This document shows positions 38,637-52,700 of a DNA stretch of 64,000 nucleotides, in pieces. Source of the stretch: Dipteris shenzhenensis (taxonomy: Eukaryota). Both the position numbers and the translations under genes were made by a program. The notes under the pieces were generated by a model that worked only from the letters and a program-made list of their open reading frames with translations, did no database searches and was not told the DNA's origin. Numbering within the stretch: the first letter of the stretch is position 1; each line of letters begins with the position of its first letter. The stretch lies in assembly GCA_047967505.1 (NCBI GenBank), contig CM106538.1; one strand, 5' to 3'.

Positions 38637-41600
38637 TGTGAGGGAAAGAGAGGGGGTGGAACGTTAGGAGAGGGAGACACAAGAAGTGTGGGTGTGTAAA
38701 AGTGTTGAGCCACACCACAAACTCAAGAGTTTTATTAGGATTAGGGATTCATCCTATGACTGTCTTAAGACAGTCATAGGGGTCATAACTTTTAAAGGGT
38801 GGCAATGTGCCTTTACCCCAACAACCTCCCACCTAAAGGCCAATGTGCCTAAAGGGGAGAAAAGAATAAAAATTACAGCAATATACAGTTACTGTATACA
38901 AGACCATAAAATAAGAATGGTCTCATCTAATCCCATGATGTGGCGACAATGTGTAAACCGCTCTATAGGCAAGCTCTTAGTGAGCAAATCTGTAGGATTA
39001 TCATTAGTATGCACCTTCACAAGCTCAAGCCGCTTGTCTTCCAGTACCTCCCTGATGAAATGGTATTTCACATCTATGTGCTTGGTCTTCTGATGAAAGA
39101 CCGGATTCTTTGCCAACATGATAGCACTCTGACTATCACAATGCAAGACTAGCATATCTCCTGTAATGCCCAAATCTCCCACCAGCCGAGTAAGCCATAT
39201 TGCTTCCTTGCAAGCCTCAGTGGCTGCAACATATTCAGCTTCAGTGGTTGACAGTGCAATGCATTTCTGCAACTGAGACACCCATGATATAGCACCTCCT
39301 GCAAATGTGAAAATATAACCGGTAGTAGACTTCCAGTTATCTGCATTCCTTGCATAGTCTGAATCTGTAAAACCATGCACCAATGCATCCTGCCTACCAT
39401 AGCATATGCACAAGTCTTTGGTACCCTTGAGATACCTCAAGACACCTTTCACTGCTTCCTAGTGCCGCTTGCCTGGATCTGCCATATACCTGCTGATGAC
39501 TCCCACCGCAAAAGCAATATCCGGACGAGTGGCAACCATGGCATACATCAAAGAACCAACTGCAGATGCATACGGAACCTTGGCCATCTTAGCCTTATCA
39601 TCATCTGATCTGGGGCTGTCCTTACTACTGAGTTTTAAATGAGGAGGCAACGGGGTACTAATAGACTTCCCCCCCTCCATTTTAAACCTCTGCAGTACTT
39701 TGTCAATGTACTCCTTCTGTGACAGAAACAAAAGTCCTTTAGACCTATCATGAGTAATCCGCATACCTAGTATGTGATTTGCATCACCCAAGTCTTTTAT
39801 GTCAAAAGACTTATGTAGTTGCTTCTTCAAAGCAATGATCTCCTGCTGAGATTTGCTAGCAATCAGCATGTCATCCACATATAGAATGAGTAGCATCAAA
39901 CTGCCATCCTTTGCCCGTTTGGTGTATAAGCAGTGATCGGTCTCACACCTATGATACCCTTGGGAGTGCATGAAGGCATCAAATTTCTTGTACCATTCCC
40001 TTGGTGCCTGCTTGAGTCCATACAAGCTCCTCTTGAGCTTACACACAAGCTGCTCTTTCCCTTTAACAGCATATCCCTCTGGCTGACTCATGTAGATCTC
40101 ATCATGGAGATCTCCATGAAGAAAAGCAGTCTTCACATCCATCTGACATAAATCCATGTCCTCATGAGCAACAAGAGCTAACACTACTCTCAAAGTAGTC
40201 ATCTTGACTACAGGGGAAAAGATCTCATCAAAGTCAATGCCCTTCTCCTGCTTAAATCCCTTGGCAACTAATCTAGCCTTATACCTCAGTAAAGCATTTG
40301 AATCCACTTTGACTTTGTAAACCCACTTGCATGGCAAAACCTTTCTCCCTGCAGGTAGCTGCACCAAGTCCCATGTATCATTTTGAAGTAGGGAGTCCAT
40401 TTCTGACTGCATGGCTTTCTCCCACTTCCTTTTCTCTGTTCTTCCCATAGCTTCCTTGAAGCTGGAAGGCTCACCACAATCTGTCAGCATGATAAAATCA
40501 GCCACATTATTGGCTCCTGGAACAAACCTGTCAGGAGGCCGTTGTACGCGGGTGCTCCTCCTATTAAAATGTTCCGTAATAGGCTGCTGTCTAGCCTGTT
40601 CGTCATGCATGATGGGTGGCTGTACCACCATATTTGGCTGTTCTACAGCGCCATTTGCTGGCATATCCAGCATCATTGGCAAAATTTTCTGGCTGATTTT
40701 CAGCCTGTATACCATCTTGAACAGGGTTATTTATAGCAGCCTACTGCTGCATATTAATGGTTATTCTTTGCTGTTCGAAATCATCATAAACAACCCTCCT
40801 GTATTCCACAGATTGCACGGGTTCTTTGTGTACACTATCCTCTTTAAAGATGACGTCATTGCTGCGTATAATCTTCCATTTGACAGGATCCCATAACCTG
40901 TACCTCATTTCACCTTCATCACCGTAACCCATGAAGATGCATCTGAAAGACTTTGGCTCCAGTTTGGTGTGCAGTTCTTTGCGTACATGAGCAAAGCACT
41001 CGCAGCCAAACACACGTAAGTGCTTATATGAAGGTGGCTTGCCAGACCACACCTCCTCTGGCACTTCAAAGCCAAGAGCACTCACAATAGTGCTATTTTT
41101 TACTGTCAAAAAATCTGGCAGCAAAACAGAAAATTTTCCCTCCAGTCACTGTACCTTCTGACACCCTGTACCGTGCTCAAATAGGCATAAAACAATAACT
41201 ACAGAATGCTGCAGCTGTTCCACAAGTGCTTTATCAGTGCATCATCATCTGACGAAGCACAAAACACTGCTGTCCTGGACACTTCTCCCACCTCAGATGA
41301 GGTATTGCACTGATTTTATATGCATAAACCACTTGTCATACACTGTTTTGTCCACTGAAAAAAGGCTCCAAACACCTCAGCCTGTCACAAAACTTGCAAC
41401 AAAGTATGGGACAAATCCCAACCAATCACCCTTCTGCCAACGGGATAAAAGGCATCTGAAGTTCTCAAACAGTAACTCAAGTGCTCACAAGCAAAATCTG
41501 GGCAAAAGCCCCTTGATTTGACACCTGTACCAAGTGAAAAACACCTCAACACTGAGGTAGCATACAAAATACAGCGCTCTCCTGGCACTTTCACCTGACA

Positions 41601-42803
41601 AAGTAATGCATAAACTGCCTGTGTGCACAGTGGCAACACAGATCCCAACGTACAAACACCGAAAAGAAGATCTTTTGAGCACTGTCAACGATGGACAGTT
41701 AGGGACCGAGTAAACTCGATGCACCCTGGCCAAGCGTGGCTCAACTGAGATTTTCAAAGTGTCGTACACAGAATGTGATCTGCAAAGAAATGTCACTGAT
41801 ACACTGCGGAAAACGAGACCAATGTGGGCACCCTGGTTCCACACTGCCTCAAGGCATACACTGCATACACTTCCAGGCAAAAGCCTATGAAATTGTCACC
41901 CGAAAACTGAGATTTACACACAGTGTAAGCATAAAAGCCCTCTGCTGAATCAAGGCATCTGACCTTCCCGAAAAAATAACTGTGCAACCACCACACACTG
42001 TGGCACTAGTCACCTCAAGCATGAGGGACACGAGTGTACTTGATGTACCTCAAACACACAGTTTTAAAATTGAAAAAATTCAAAAATGCATCAAGAAAAA
42101 AAACCTCGTTGTACTTCTGTACCTGTGTGTACTTGCAAGTACCACGCAAAAGGGCAGAGTGCTCTCACTCTTTTCCTTCTTCCCCAAAAATAAATCTGTG
42201 CCTGCTGTACCTTCTGTACCTGCTGTACCCTGTACCTGTGAGGGCACAGATCCCAAAAAAAAAATTTCAAAATTTCTGTACCTGCGAGGGCACGGCGTCC
42301 GTACAGCCGTGTCCGTACAATCGGTACGACTGGCTGTCGCGGCGTCCATACAGTCGCATCCGTATAGCCGGTACGGCTGGCTGCAGCCACTGGCTTCGGT
42401 TGCTTGGCTGGCTACGGTCGCCTTGTAGCTGGTAGTAGCTAGCAGCAGCTAGCTGCTTGCGCAAAAGCTGCGCGCAGCTGCTCCTGCGCGCGCTGCGCGG
42501 GCGCTGGCTGTGCCCTGCTCGCACGGCCCTGCTCGCACGCTGCTGCCCTGCTCGTTGCTGAGGGCACGAGGCCCGAGGGGAGAGGGAGGGGTAGACCGGA
42601 GTGAGAGGGAGAGGAAGGCTGTGATACCACTTGTGAGGGAAAGAGAGGGGGTGGAACGTTAGGAGAGGGAGACACAAGAAGTGTGGGTGTGTAAAAGTGT
42701 TGAGCCACACCACAAACTCAAGAGTTTTATTAGGATTAGGGATTCACCCTATGATTGTGGGGTCATAACTTTTAAAGGGTGGCAATGTGCCTTTACCCCA
42801 ACA
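38637..42803 (-). mobile_element. Ty1/copia LTR retrotransposon, gag-less and non-autonomous
   Basis: LTRs 42632-42803 and 38637-38823 (TG..CA); PBS TGGTATCACAGCC; PPT TAGGTGGGAGG; TSD GGTTG/GATTG; RT (YVDDML) 39459-40715, RNase H 38889-39452, integrase C-terminus 40741-41085; in-frame stops. Confidence 0.92.
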
Positions 42804-42808
42804 GATTG

Positions 42809-43030
42809 GAGAATCCTTGAATAATGTCCCCACCATAGTCCTACCTAGAGGACCTTTTGAGCTATTAATTCTCCCTGTAAGTGTCCAGTAGATGGGCCCA
42901 AGTGAGCTTCTTGAAAGACTATAGCACATTCATGTGGTAAAACCCATCGACACAGAACAGCATCTGCACATTGATTATAAAGATGCCCACCAATTAAGGT
43001 GAATTTCCAAGTCTTCAAGGACAATTTCTG
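42809..43030 (-). mobile_element. Ty3/gypsy integrase zinc-finger N-half, split from 38248-38636 by the copia insertion
   Basis: EAHLGPSTGHLQGELIAQKVL*VGLWW..LFKD joins to KCMQCNLCQ across the TSD. Confidence 0.85.
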
Positions 43031-43037
43031 TGCTTCA

Positions 43038-44071
43038 CTATATCTTTAAAAAATTACCAGTAGTATAGATGAACCAAGGTAGAGCCTCTTGTGCCTCATT
43101 GTGGATCCACTTGAAGAACCAAAGCATTGATTGCTTGAGTGTAGGAGCAGGAAAGAAATCATCAATGTTGTGCATGAGGAACCATAAAGCATGGTCCAAG
43201 CATAGTATATTGGAGTTCTTGCATTCCTCTTTCTGCTTCACCTTGTCACAAGCACACTTGACATATGGCCTGTGGACATTCCACAACTGAGACAGATAAG
43301 CTGAGTCCTTCTTACCTTTGGTGCTGATGATGTTTTTGGCTCCAATGATCATCCCAAACAGGCATAGACAACGATGAGGCTCAAAAGAATTCATGGAAAA
43401 AGGGCAGGTTAAACTCATGGTCTCAAACAAGCTTGAAGAGTTTTCCTTGGTTATTTGCATAAGCCCAAGCTTTGAAGCTTCCTTATCCTTGTCATTGAGC
43501 AATAAGAGTATTAATTCCTCATTGACTGAAGCCATCAGAGACATATTTCCATATGCCCAAACTCTATGGGAAGCTTCTATGAGCATATCCAACAACCTAG
43601 GAGGGATGAAAGGATCCATGTACATATCAAAGAGTTTTTTAGCTCTTACCTGAGGTGTATTGAGCTTAGAAATCAGCACCTGGGCCTCTTGTTTTGTAAG
43701 GGAAGGAGGGATCAATGCACTCCCTGAGGAAGGGGAGAAATCATTAGAAGAAGATCCTGAGATGCATGGTAGATGCTTTTGTCTAATCAATGGATCATTG
43801 TTGAGTTTGCCTCCATAAATATCATAGAAACGACCCATAATAGCTGGGGAATTTTCACTCCATTCCTTCTGCACCTGAGTATCTTCCTTTATGATCCCTT
43901 CAAGGCCACGAATAAAAGCATGTACTCGAGAGATAGCCTCATGAATATCCTTCAGAGTGAGAATGTAAAGTTTGAACCAAGTAGGAATATCTAACTGTAG
44001 GAGAAGAGTTCGTTCTGAATTTTCATTCGCATCCAAGATAGATTTATCATGTTCAATGATGACCCGATGAA
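43038..44071 (-). CDS. Orphan ORF (>340 codons open), 5' end interrupted by the second copia; probably retroelement-associated
   Basis: Stop-free, non-repetitive frame; continues in frame at 49643-49725 once the copia and one TSD copy are removed. Confidence 0.55.
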
Positions 44072-44076
44072 ATCCC

Positions 44077-47000
44077 TGTTGAGATATCGAGCTCCACTCG
44101 CGATATGCCAGGGTGACTGTTGTGCATTTATGTCACCGACTTGTTAGCTGGAGATGCGGTTGGTACACCGCCCACGAATAATAGCTGGATGATAGCCATC
44201 CTTATCTACACTAGTTCGTGGCTCAGTTAGTATGCCACCTTAGTTAGTTGAGTTTGGTTTGAGACCCACATATAGGGTTCTTCTATTTCTTTGTACTAGA
44301 GTTCTTTTGGCTTACACAACTAAGAAGAGGAAAACTGTTTTCAGCCTCCACCTTTGTGTGTATTCCCCCATTGTGCATGTGAGAAAGCCGCAAGTGAGAC
44401 TCCTTCCCTCTCTCCCACAATCTTCACATGGTATCAGAGCCTTGTTCGTGGTAAGGAGCTCAAGAAAGCAAGCCAAGTTCATGGTGTCTTGGTAAGAAGA
44501 CCAGTGTTGCTTTCCTATTTCGAGTTTGGGAGCAAATCTCTGCAGGTAGCACAACCAGAAGTGCAAGAGTGGACTGTCTCAGATTGAGACGCCCTTCGCA
44601 GTGTGGCAAGAGGCGCAGTATATGCTGCGGGTGTAGGCAAAGCCCTCAGTGACGTTATTTTTCTGATTCGAGGTCATTTCGGGGCCCGTTTTGGAGGCGG
44701 AAGTTCTCCGCAGGCACTCAGAAAAAGGCCTTGTTTTTGCTGTGCGACCACTATTCTGCGGGTCAGTGAAAAGTTGCCACAGAAATTGCATTGTATGCCT
44801 TTGTGCAGAGATATTGGGAGTTGCAGATTCATGCTTGTTGCCTGTTGATGCAAAATCGTCACTAGGAAGTGGCTGCGTGGTGAAATACCACTTTGTTAGT
44901 TTTGCAGTTCTGCCCGTGTGAGGCAAAAGCTGTGTTTTTTGCAGTGACAGAATATTTTGCAGCATTCTGTAATGGCATCTGATTCTCTTTCACAGATTGT
45001 CACTGAAAAGCTTGACAAGAACAACTTCCAGGCATGGAAGTTTAGAATGATGAATTTCTTGATGGGAAAAGGCTATTGGGAATTCATTACAGGAAATGAA
45101 GATGAACCTGTTCTTCCTAATGTTCCCAGTCAACAGGAAATGCAGGCATTTAAAGGATGGCATGAGAGAGCCAGGAAAGTTATGTACTGGCTGTCTATCA
45201 GTATTTCGGACTCCATGATTGTGCATATTCAAGATGCAAATACGCCAAAGGAGGCATGGGATACTTTGGCAAAAATGTACAGCACAAATGCGCAAGCCAG
45301 GAAAATGCAACTCAAACAGGAGTTGCACAATGTGCAGAGAGAAAATTTGAGCATAAATGACTACCACATGAAAGTAAAGAAAATTGCAGATGCACTTGCT
45401 TCCATTGGGTCGCAAGTGGATGATGACGATTTGGTCTCTGTGACCTTGAATGGTCTAGGAAAGGATTATGCACAGTTCCGGACATCCATTGCCGTTCGTG
45501 AAAAATTTCCTGATTTTGAGGAGTTGATTGCTCTTCTAATTTCCGAAGAGCAAAGAAATGGGGGTGCATCTTCTTCAGCAGGAACTTCAAAAGAAACTGT
45601 CTTCTACTCAAATGCTGGCAGAGGTAGAGGCAGAGGTAGAGGAGGCCGATCTGTAGGCCGTGGTAGAAATCAGAATATGCAGCAAACGCAAGAAAACCAG
45701 TCCTATGCAGGAGGACGTGGTAACTCTAGAGGCAGGGGGAGCCAAAGAGGCCGTGGTGGATGGCAGAGAGGCCAAAATGCAAACAGCAATATTGAATGCT
45801 ACTATTGTGGCAAAATGGGTCATATGGCTAAGGACTGCTATAAAAAGTAGAATGACATTATGAATGGAAAATTGCAGCAAGGCAATTATGCATCCTCTAG
45901 TAGACAGGGTGATGACACAAATGAGCATTTGTTTATGGTGCAGCATATGACAAATTTTGTAACAAGTGCAGAAGAAAGCAATGATGTGTGGTATGTTGAC
46001 TCGGGTGCGTCAAACCACATGACAGGTCACGTTGAATGGATGCAGGATGCAAGAAAAATGGAAAAACCAAGATTTGTGGAGACTGGTGATGATACTGCAC
46101 ATCCTATTGTGCAGATTGGCAAAATTCCCTTGTCTATGCAGGATGGGAAAAAGAAATACTTATATGATGTATTTCATGTCCCGAACATCACCAAGAACCT
46201 GGTTTCTGTTGGTCAAATGGTTGAGCAGGGCTTGCAGGTTAGATTTAATCCTCATGGATGCTTTGTTGAGGATATGAAAAATAACGGTCGCTTGATAGCA
46301 AAAGGAAAGAAGAAGGACAGGATGTTTACGTTGGATGCAGACATGCCTGAATTGAGTGCAGCAATGTTTGCACATGGGACCGGTGTAGTTGCAGATATTG
46401 ATATCTGGCACAAACGCATTGGTCATGTTAATATACAGCGACTTAAATCAATGCAAGCCCAAAATATTGTTGCAGGATTGCCTAAATTCAAGGTTGCAGA
46501 AATGCACAAGGTTTGTGAAGCCTGTCAATTTGGGAAACAGGCAAGGAAACCTTTTCCTAGGCATGTTCAAGAGAGTAAAAAGCCATTGGAATTAATCCAC
46601 TCTGATGTGTGGACTACAAAAGCTGCATCTATTGGAGGCTGTCACTATTTTGTCACATTTATTGATGACTTCAGCATAAAATTGTGGGTGTATTTTATGA
46701 AAAAGAAAAGTGAAGTGTTTGGGCACTTCAAAGCTTTCAAAGCTATGGTTGAAAAAGAAACAGGCCTGCAAATAAAATGCCTAAGGTTAGATGGAGGGGG
46801 AGAGTACCTCTCAAATGAGTTTGCAAGGTTCTTGCAGGAGCATGGTATAAAGCAGCAATATTCATGCAGTCATACCCCACAGCAAAATGGAATTGCAGAA
46901 AGGAAAAACAGGGATATTGGAGAGGTATCTCGGGCTATGCTAAATGGAAAAGATCCACCAGATTATTATTGGGCTGAAGCAGTTGCTACAGTAGTGTATA

Positions 47001-49637
47001 TAATGAACAGGACTCTCACTGCAGCAATACATGGCATGATGCCAGAGGAGATGTATACTGGTAGGAAACCAGATATTTCTCATTTGAAAATTTTTTGGTT
47101 GCATTGCCTATGTCCATGTGCCAAATGAGTTGAGGTCCAAGTTGGATCCAAAAGCTGAGAAGTGCGTCTTTATTGGTTATTCTCTGCAGCAAAAAGGGTA
47201 TAGATGCTATAACCCTTCTACACGAAAGTTCACAGTGAGCAGAGATGTTTTTGATGAGATGAGCAGTTGGTATAAACCAGTAAATGTGATGATTGATGTA
47301 GATGCACAAAATGGTAATGCTGCACAGAATTCACAGTAGCAATCACAAAATATCAGTGGACCTGGAGTGTCCTCTAGCAGTGGTTCACATACTTCGCCAT
47401 GGACAGGCAGATTGAGATAAGGAGAATCTCCTCAAAGCAATGCAGAGAGTGGTACGCAGGTATCACGAAAAGGAAAAGAGAAGGTAGATCAGCCCATGTT
47501 TGATGTGAATGCAGGTCACTCTTGTGTGGATGGTGAATCCAGTGGCTCAGAACAGAGCATTGATATGAGTTGGGTATTCCCTCTGTTGTTACACCTGGAG
47601 TAAGGAAGACCAGGGATGTTTTGAGAGCACCTGGAAGTGAGCCTATTTTGCGCAGGTCTACCAGGGTTAGGTATCCTGTGGATAGGCTGAAATATGATGG
47701 ATTTACAGCATTCACTATGCCTATATGGTCAAAGTGATATAGGAACCAGAACCCACTTCTTTTGAGCAAGCCATGGGAAATGAAAAATGGGAGAAAGCCA
47801 TGGATGAAGAAATGGATGCCTTGGATGCTAATGCTACATGGGAATTGGTGCCTTTGCCTAAAGGCAAGAATGCAATTGGTTGTAAGTGGGTTTATAAGAT
47901 CAAGCACAATGCAGATGGTTCTATGAATAGATACAAGGCAAGATTAGTTGTCAAGGGGTATGCACAGACATATGGCATTGATTATGAAGAAACTTTTAGC
48001 CTGGTTGCAAGGATGGCAACCATAAGAGCAGCCATTGCTATGGTTGCATCAAAGGGATGGACTTTACATCAGATAAAGAATGCCTTCTTGCATGGTGATT
48101 TGCAAGAAGAGGTCTTTATGGAGCAGCCAGCAGGTTATGTTCATGCTACTCATCCTGAGTTTGTTTGCAGGTTGAAGAAAGCCTTGTGTGGCTTGAAGCA
48201 AGCACCTAGAGCATGGTCTGACAAGATAGGACAGTATCTTGTCACTATTGGCTTTCAGATTTCCAAGGCAGATTTCTCACTCTATGTGAGAAAAATAGAG
48301 AAAGGGATTATGCTGCTGGTCATTTATGTTGATGATTTGATCATCACAGGTGATAGTGATGAAGATATCCTTCATGTGAAAATGCTATTGAGGCAGAAGT
48401 TTGAGATGAAGGATTTGGGAGAGCTGCATTATTTCTTGGGCATTGAGGTGATTAGATCACCAAGTGGGATACAGCTCTTGCAGAGGCAGTATGGATTGGA
48501 CATGCTATCCAAATATGGGATGACAGGCTGTAAGCCTATTTCAGTTCCTTTGGAGCAGAATGTGAAGCTGAGCACAGATGCAGGTCAGCTTCTGGAAGAC
48601 CCTACTATGTACAGACGCATAGTAGGAAGTTTGATTTACATGACTATTACCAGGCCAGATTTGAGCTATGTTGTTGGGTTGGTAAGTCAGTTTATGCAGG
48701 CTCCAAGGAAACCGCATTTGGATGCGGCTAGACGCATACTCAGGTATGTGAAGTCCACATTGCAGTATGGACTATTTTATGAGGCTGGGGTTCAGATACA
48801 GTTGCATGGATACACTGATGCTGATTGGGCTGGTAGTATTTCTGATAGGCGATCTACCAGTGGATATGTGTTCTCTTTTGGGAGTGCTGCAGTCACTTGG
48901 AGTAGCAAGAAACAGCCTATAGTTGCCTTGTCGAGACAGAGGCTGAGTACAGGGGTGCAGCAATGGCTGCATGTGAGGTAGCTTGGTTGCATAAGCTACT
49001 CTATGATATGCATCAGTCTACAGATGGGCTAGTTGTCATTTATTGTGACAACATGAGCAGTATACACTTGGCAAAGAACCCAGTCTTTCATGCTAGAACA
49101 AAGCACATTGAGGTGCATTATCACTATGTGCGGGAGCAAGTGTTACTAGGTCTTATTGATCTAGTTTATGTTAGCACAGAGGATCAGGTAGCTGACATCT
49201 TCACAAAAGCATTGGGCGCAGAGAAGCTACGCAAGTTCAAAGACCTGCTTGGTGTGCAGGAATTGGGATTGAGCTCGAGGGGGAGTGTTGAGATATCGAG
49301 CTCCACTCGCGATATGCCAGGGTGACCGTTGTGCATTTATGTCACCGACTTGTTAGCTGGAGATGCGGTTGGTACACCACCCACGAATAATAGCTGGATG
49401 ACAGCTATCCTTATCTACACTAGTTCGTGGCTCAGTTAGTATGCCACCTTAGTTAGTTGAGTTTGGTTTGAGACCCACATATAGGGTTCTTCTATTTCTT
49501 TGTACTAGAGTTCTTTTGGCTTACACCACTAAGAAGAGGAAAACTGTTTTCAGCCTCCACCTTTGTGTGTATTCCCCCATTGTGCATGTGAGAAAGCCGC
49601 AAGTGAGACTCCTTCCCTCTCTCCCACAATCTTCACA
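44077..49637 (+). mobile_element. Full-length Ty1/copia LTR retrotransposon, young but with a broken polyprotein
   Basis: 352-bp LTRs at 44077-44428 and 49286-49637 with ~5 differences; PBS TGGTATCAGAGC; PPT GAGGGGGAG; TSD ATCCC; gag with CYYCGKMGHMAKDC, protease WYVDSGAS, integrase HSDVW..PQQNGIAER, RT YVDDL, RNase H; stops and frameshifts at 45848, ~47095, ~47337, ~48930. Confidence 0.97.
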
Positions 49638-49776
49638 ATCCCAACTCATGGATGCATATCATCAAACCTTGTACGACGATAGGAGGGGCTAGTAGGCGTT
49701 CATCATAACCTAGTTGCAGAGGGTTTCAGCGTGCCATCCATTGGAATCCTGCGTGAGGCAAGAACCATACTTTCGA

Positions 49777-52700
49777 ATGTGTGTGTGTGTGTGTGTGCGT
49801 GCGACGTGCGCGCGTGTGTGCATGCATGTGCATGTGCATGTGCACACACAAGCACAATTTTGAACCATGTGCGGTGTGTATTTGTGGATTGGAATGCAGC
49901 ATTGGTTGCCTAAGCCACATGCATTAGCAATAGCATTTAGCTCATGATGTTTTTTTGGGAGACAATCGATAGCTACAACAATGATTGGCAAGCATTTTTA
50001 CACTTATGGTTCAGTGTGGATGGTTTGCATGTAAGACTTCTTCTGTGTAGCTGAGATTGCAATTTCAATTAGCACATGCATCCTCATTATCGATGTACAA
50101 TGGGGTCTTAAATTTTGGCAATATGTAAACAAGTAAATGAGTTTTTTGGACATAACCTTGAGAAATGAATGTCACGTGATAGTTGAACTAGTAGACCACT
50201 CATCTAGGGGTAGGAAAAGGGCATGCTAGGAAGACACAAGGTAAGGCATGATGGTATAGAAAACCATGTGTGGATCTATTGGAATGATTAGAAATCTACT
50301 TCACTGTCATTAAAAGATGCATACTTGCAAATTTTGAACATGCCAACTTCCAAGTTGCAGTAGCTAGGCTACTTAATATAAAGAGAGACGACACACTTTA
50401 TTTGAAATTGAAATTAGGTGCAAAACAATGATATATCAACAATCACCGAAGATGGGTATATGTTATTTACCTCATCTTGTAAGTTTCTATATGCATGCTT
50501 ACTTAGTTGTACTTTTTCTAAAAGAGGAGAGGAGAGAGGGGAGACTGAGTGAGTGAGTGAGTACATTGCACAATCCTATACAATGTACATCTCTTTTGAA
50601 AAAAGAACACAGATGTTGATGTATACATGGATGCCGTAGGGTTAGGGTCAAGGTTTCCATCCTTTATCCCCTTTTGCCTTTTTAGCACTCCCTAGTGCAT
50701 GCACACTATTCACAGAAACTAATGTTGAGATTGTCATCTTCAACGACTTCCCTCAAGGTCAACATCATGATATAAAGAAATGGAGGTTGGATAACTTGTA
50801 TTCTTGTTATTGTTGTCATTGATGTTCTCTTGGATTAAATATATGTATTTGATGTCCATCCTTGACGTGTAGATTGCTAACATTTATTGCATATGAGAAC
50901 TTATGTACTGTTACTATTTGAGGGATTGATCAACAAAGTCTATGGATGGACTAGATGCCATCAAACTTGTTTCTTTGAGCATATCATAATATAACTATAT
51001 CATGTTTCAACCAAGTTTTACATGTGGGATTCTCCTTAAATATTGCTTCATAAAGAAAGCAAAGTCATTTGATGGTATCTCAAACCAGGGTATTGATGTG
51101 CCTGTTGATATGATTTGCAACTTGCCTTTCTCTTATGATTTGAATTCGCACTATGGACACAACATGATACATGCATATTTTGATAAGATCCAAGGAATGA
51201 GCATAAAGAAGAGAATCTTTTAAAATCTAGAGAGAAATTAGAACCATATCCCATGATTCCTTGGCAAGCTCGATTAAGAGATAAGGCAAACAAATATTAT
51301 ACATGGGATCTATTTCATCTTCTCTCACAGCAGTTCTTATCATATTGAATCTATGAGCTACCTACGCATGGTCCGGCATACGTGTTACATATCCTCTATG
51401 ATAATCCTACCTTGGTGTATTGTAAGATTTGTTCAAGTATAGGCCTAATGACATTTTAATTTTTACCTAGATTGGTATATGCATTGCGAGTAACACAATT
51501 GTAGAGTCCAAAAAAATAGGAAAAGCAAGTTCTCCTAGCATTGGGTATGAACTACAACTCCATTCTTGCTCATCATCTAAATGATTGTATTCTTATAGGA
51601 ATGCATATAATCATGCCATTTCTTTTCCAGAATTTGGAGCATTACAATATAACTGAGATGCACAAGGGAATAAGATACCAAAAAAGGTTTTGTGATGACA
51701 AGAGGACTTGAGGATCATTGGAATAAAGAGGAGCATGTGGTAATATAGGTGAATAGGAAGGTGAAGTTGTCAAAGGCACCATGGGTTTTACTCCAATGAA
51801 AGTTAGGTGTATTCAAAAGTGTGCATTGCATCATCTTGCTCACAATTGATGTCTATAGATACACATTAACATGCTTGGGCTTCGTCATGTTTCTCCTCCA
51901 CTTTGCTTGTGTTTCTTTTAGAAAATCTCAATACTTTTGATTCAATCATGATTCATGAGGTTGATAATGTAATGCAACATGTCGCCTTTTATCCGGTTGC
52001 TCTTCACCGTCCTAAAATATGATATCCACACATTGAAATACATTTCAAATTGCACAAAGGCCAATGACTTAGGCTCATTGTTTTGCACATGTGCTTGCAA
52101 TTTGAAATGCCCATAGTCGTCTACTTATGGCACCCTTACCTCATGCATAGGTAAAATTCTTTGATAGTAAGTGGATTAATGAGGTTTAGTCGAGATGAAA
52201 CTTTACATGAAAAATGAAAAATGCATCTCTCATGCATTGATACCCTTAGAGAAAATTTTCATTCTCCTTGAGTATAATCACCAATTAAACTATTGAGACA
52301 GTTCTTGAAAAACAAATGACACTTACATTGACACTATAAATATGCTTTCGATGCTTATATCGACAATTATTTTGATGGTTCTATTTTAAATAGGTTACCT
52401 ACCCATCAAGGTGCCATGCCATTGTTCATTCTCTCTTGGTTTCTTTGGACAAAATACCTCCTCTCCATCCTATCCTACCTCCCTAGATCCCATACCCTTC
52501 TCCAACACCTTGTTCCCATTATTTCCACCTTGAAGGCAAGAGTCTACTACAACTCACCGTGATGGTTCTTTTCCCTACTCATCGTGATGCTATGCCATTG
52601 TTCATTCCCTCTTTGGATAAATTACCTCCTCTCCATCCTATCCTCCCTCCCACCATCCCACAGCCTTCTCCAATAGCTTGTTCTCATTGTTTCCATACCC

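Noticed and set aside
45848-45860. In-frame TAG between copia gag and pol as programmed read-through
   Set aside because: The context TAG-AAT-GAC lacks the CARYYA read-through motif; a CAG>TAG mutation is simpler given the other lesions.
50637-50647. TTAGGG-like dimers (also ~55979)
   Set aside because: Only two units each; expected by chance, not an interstitial telomere array.
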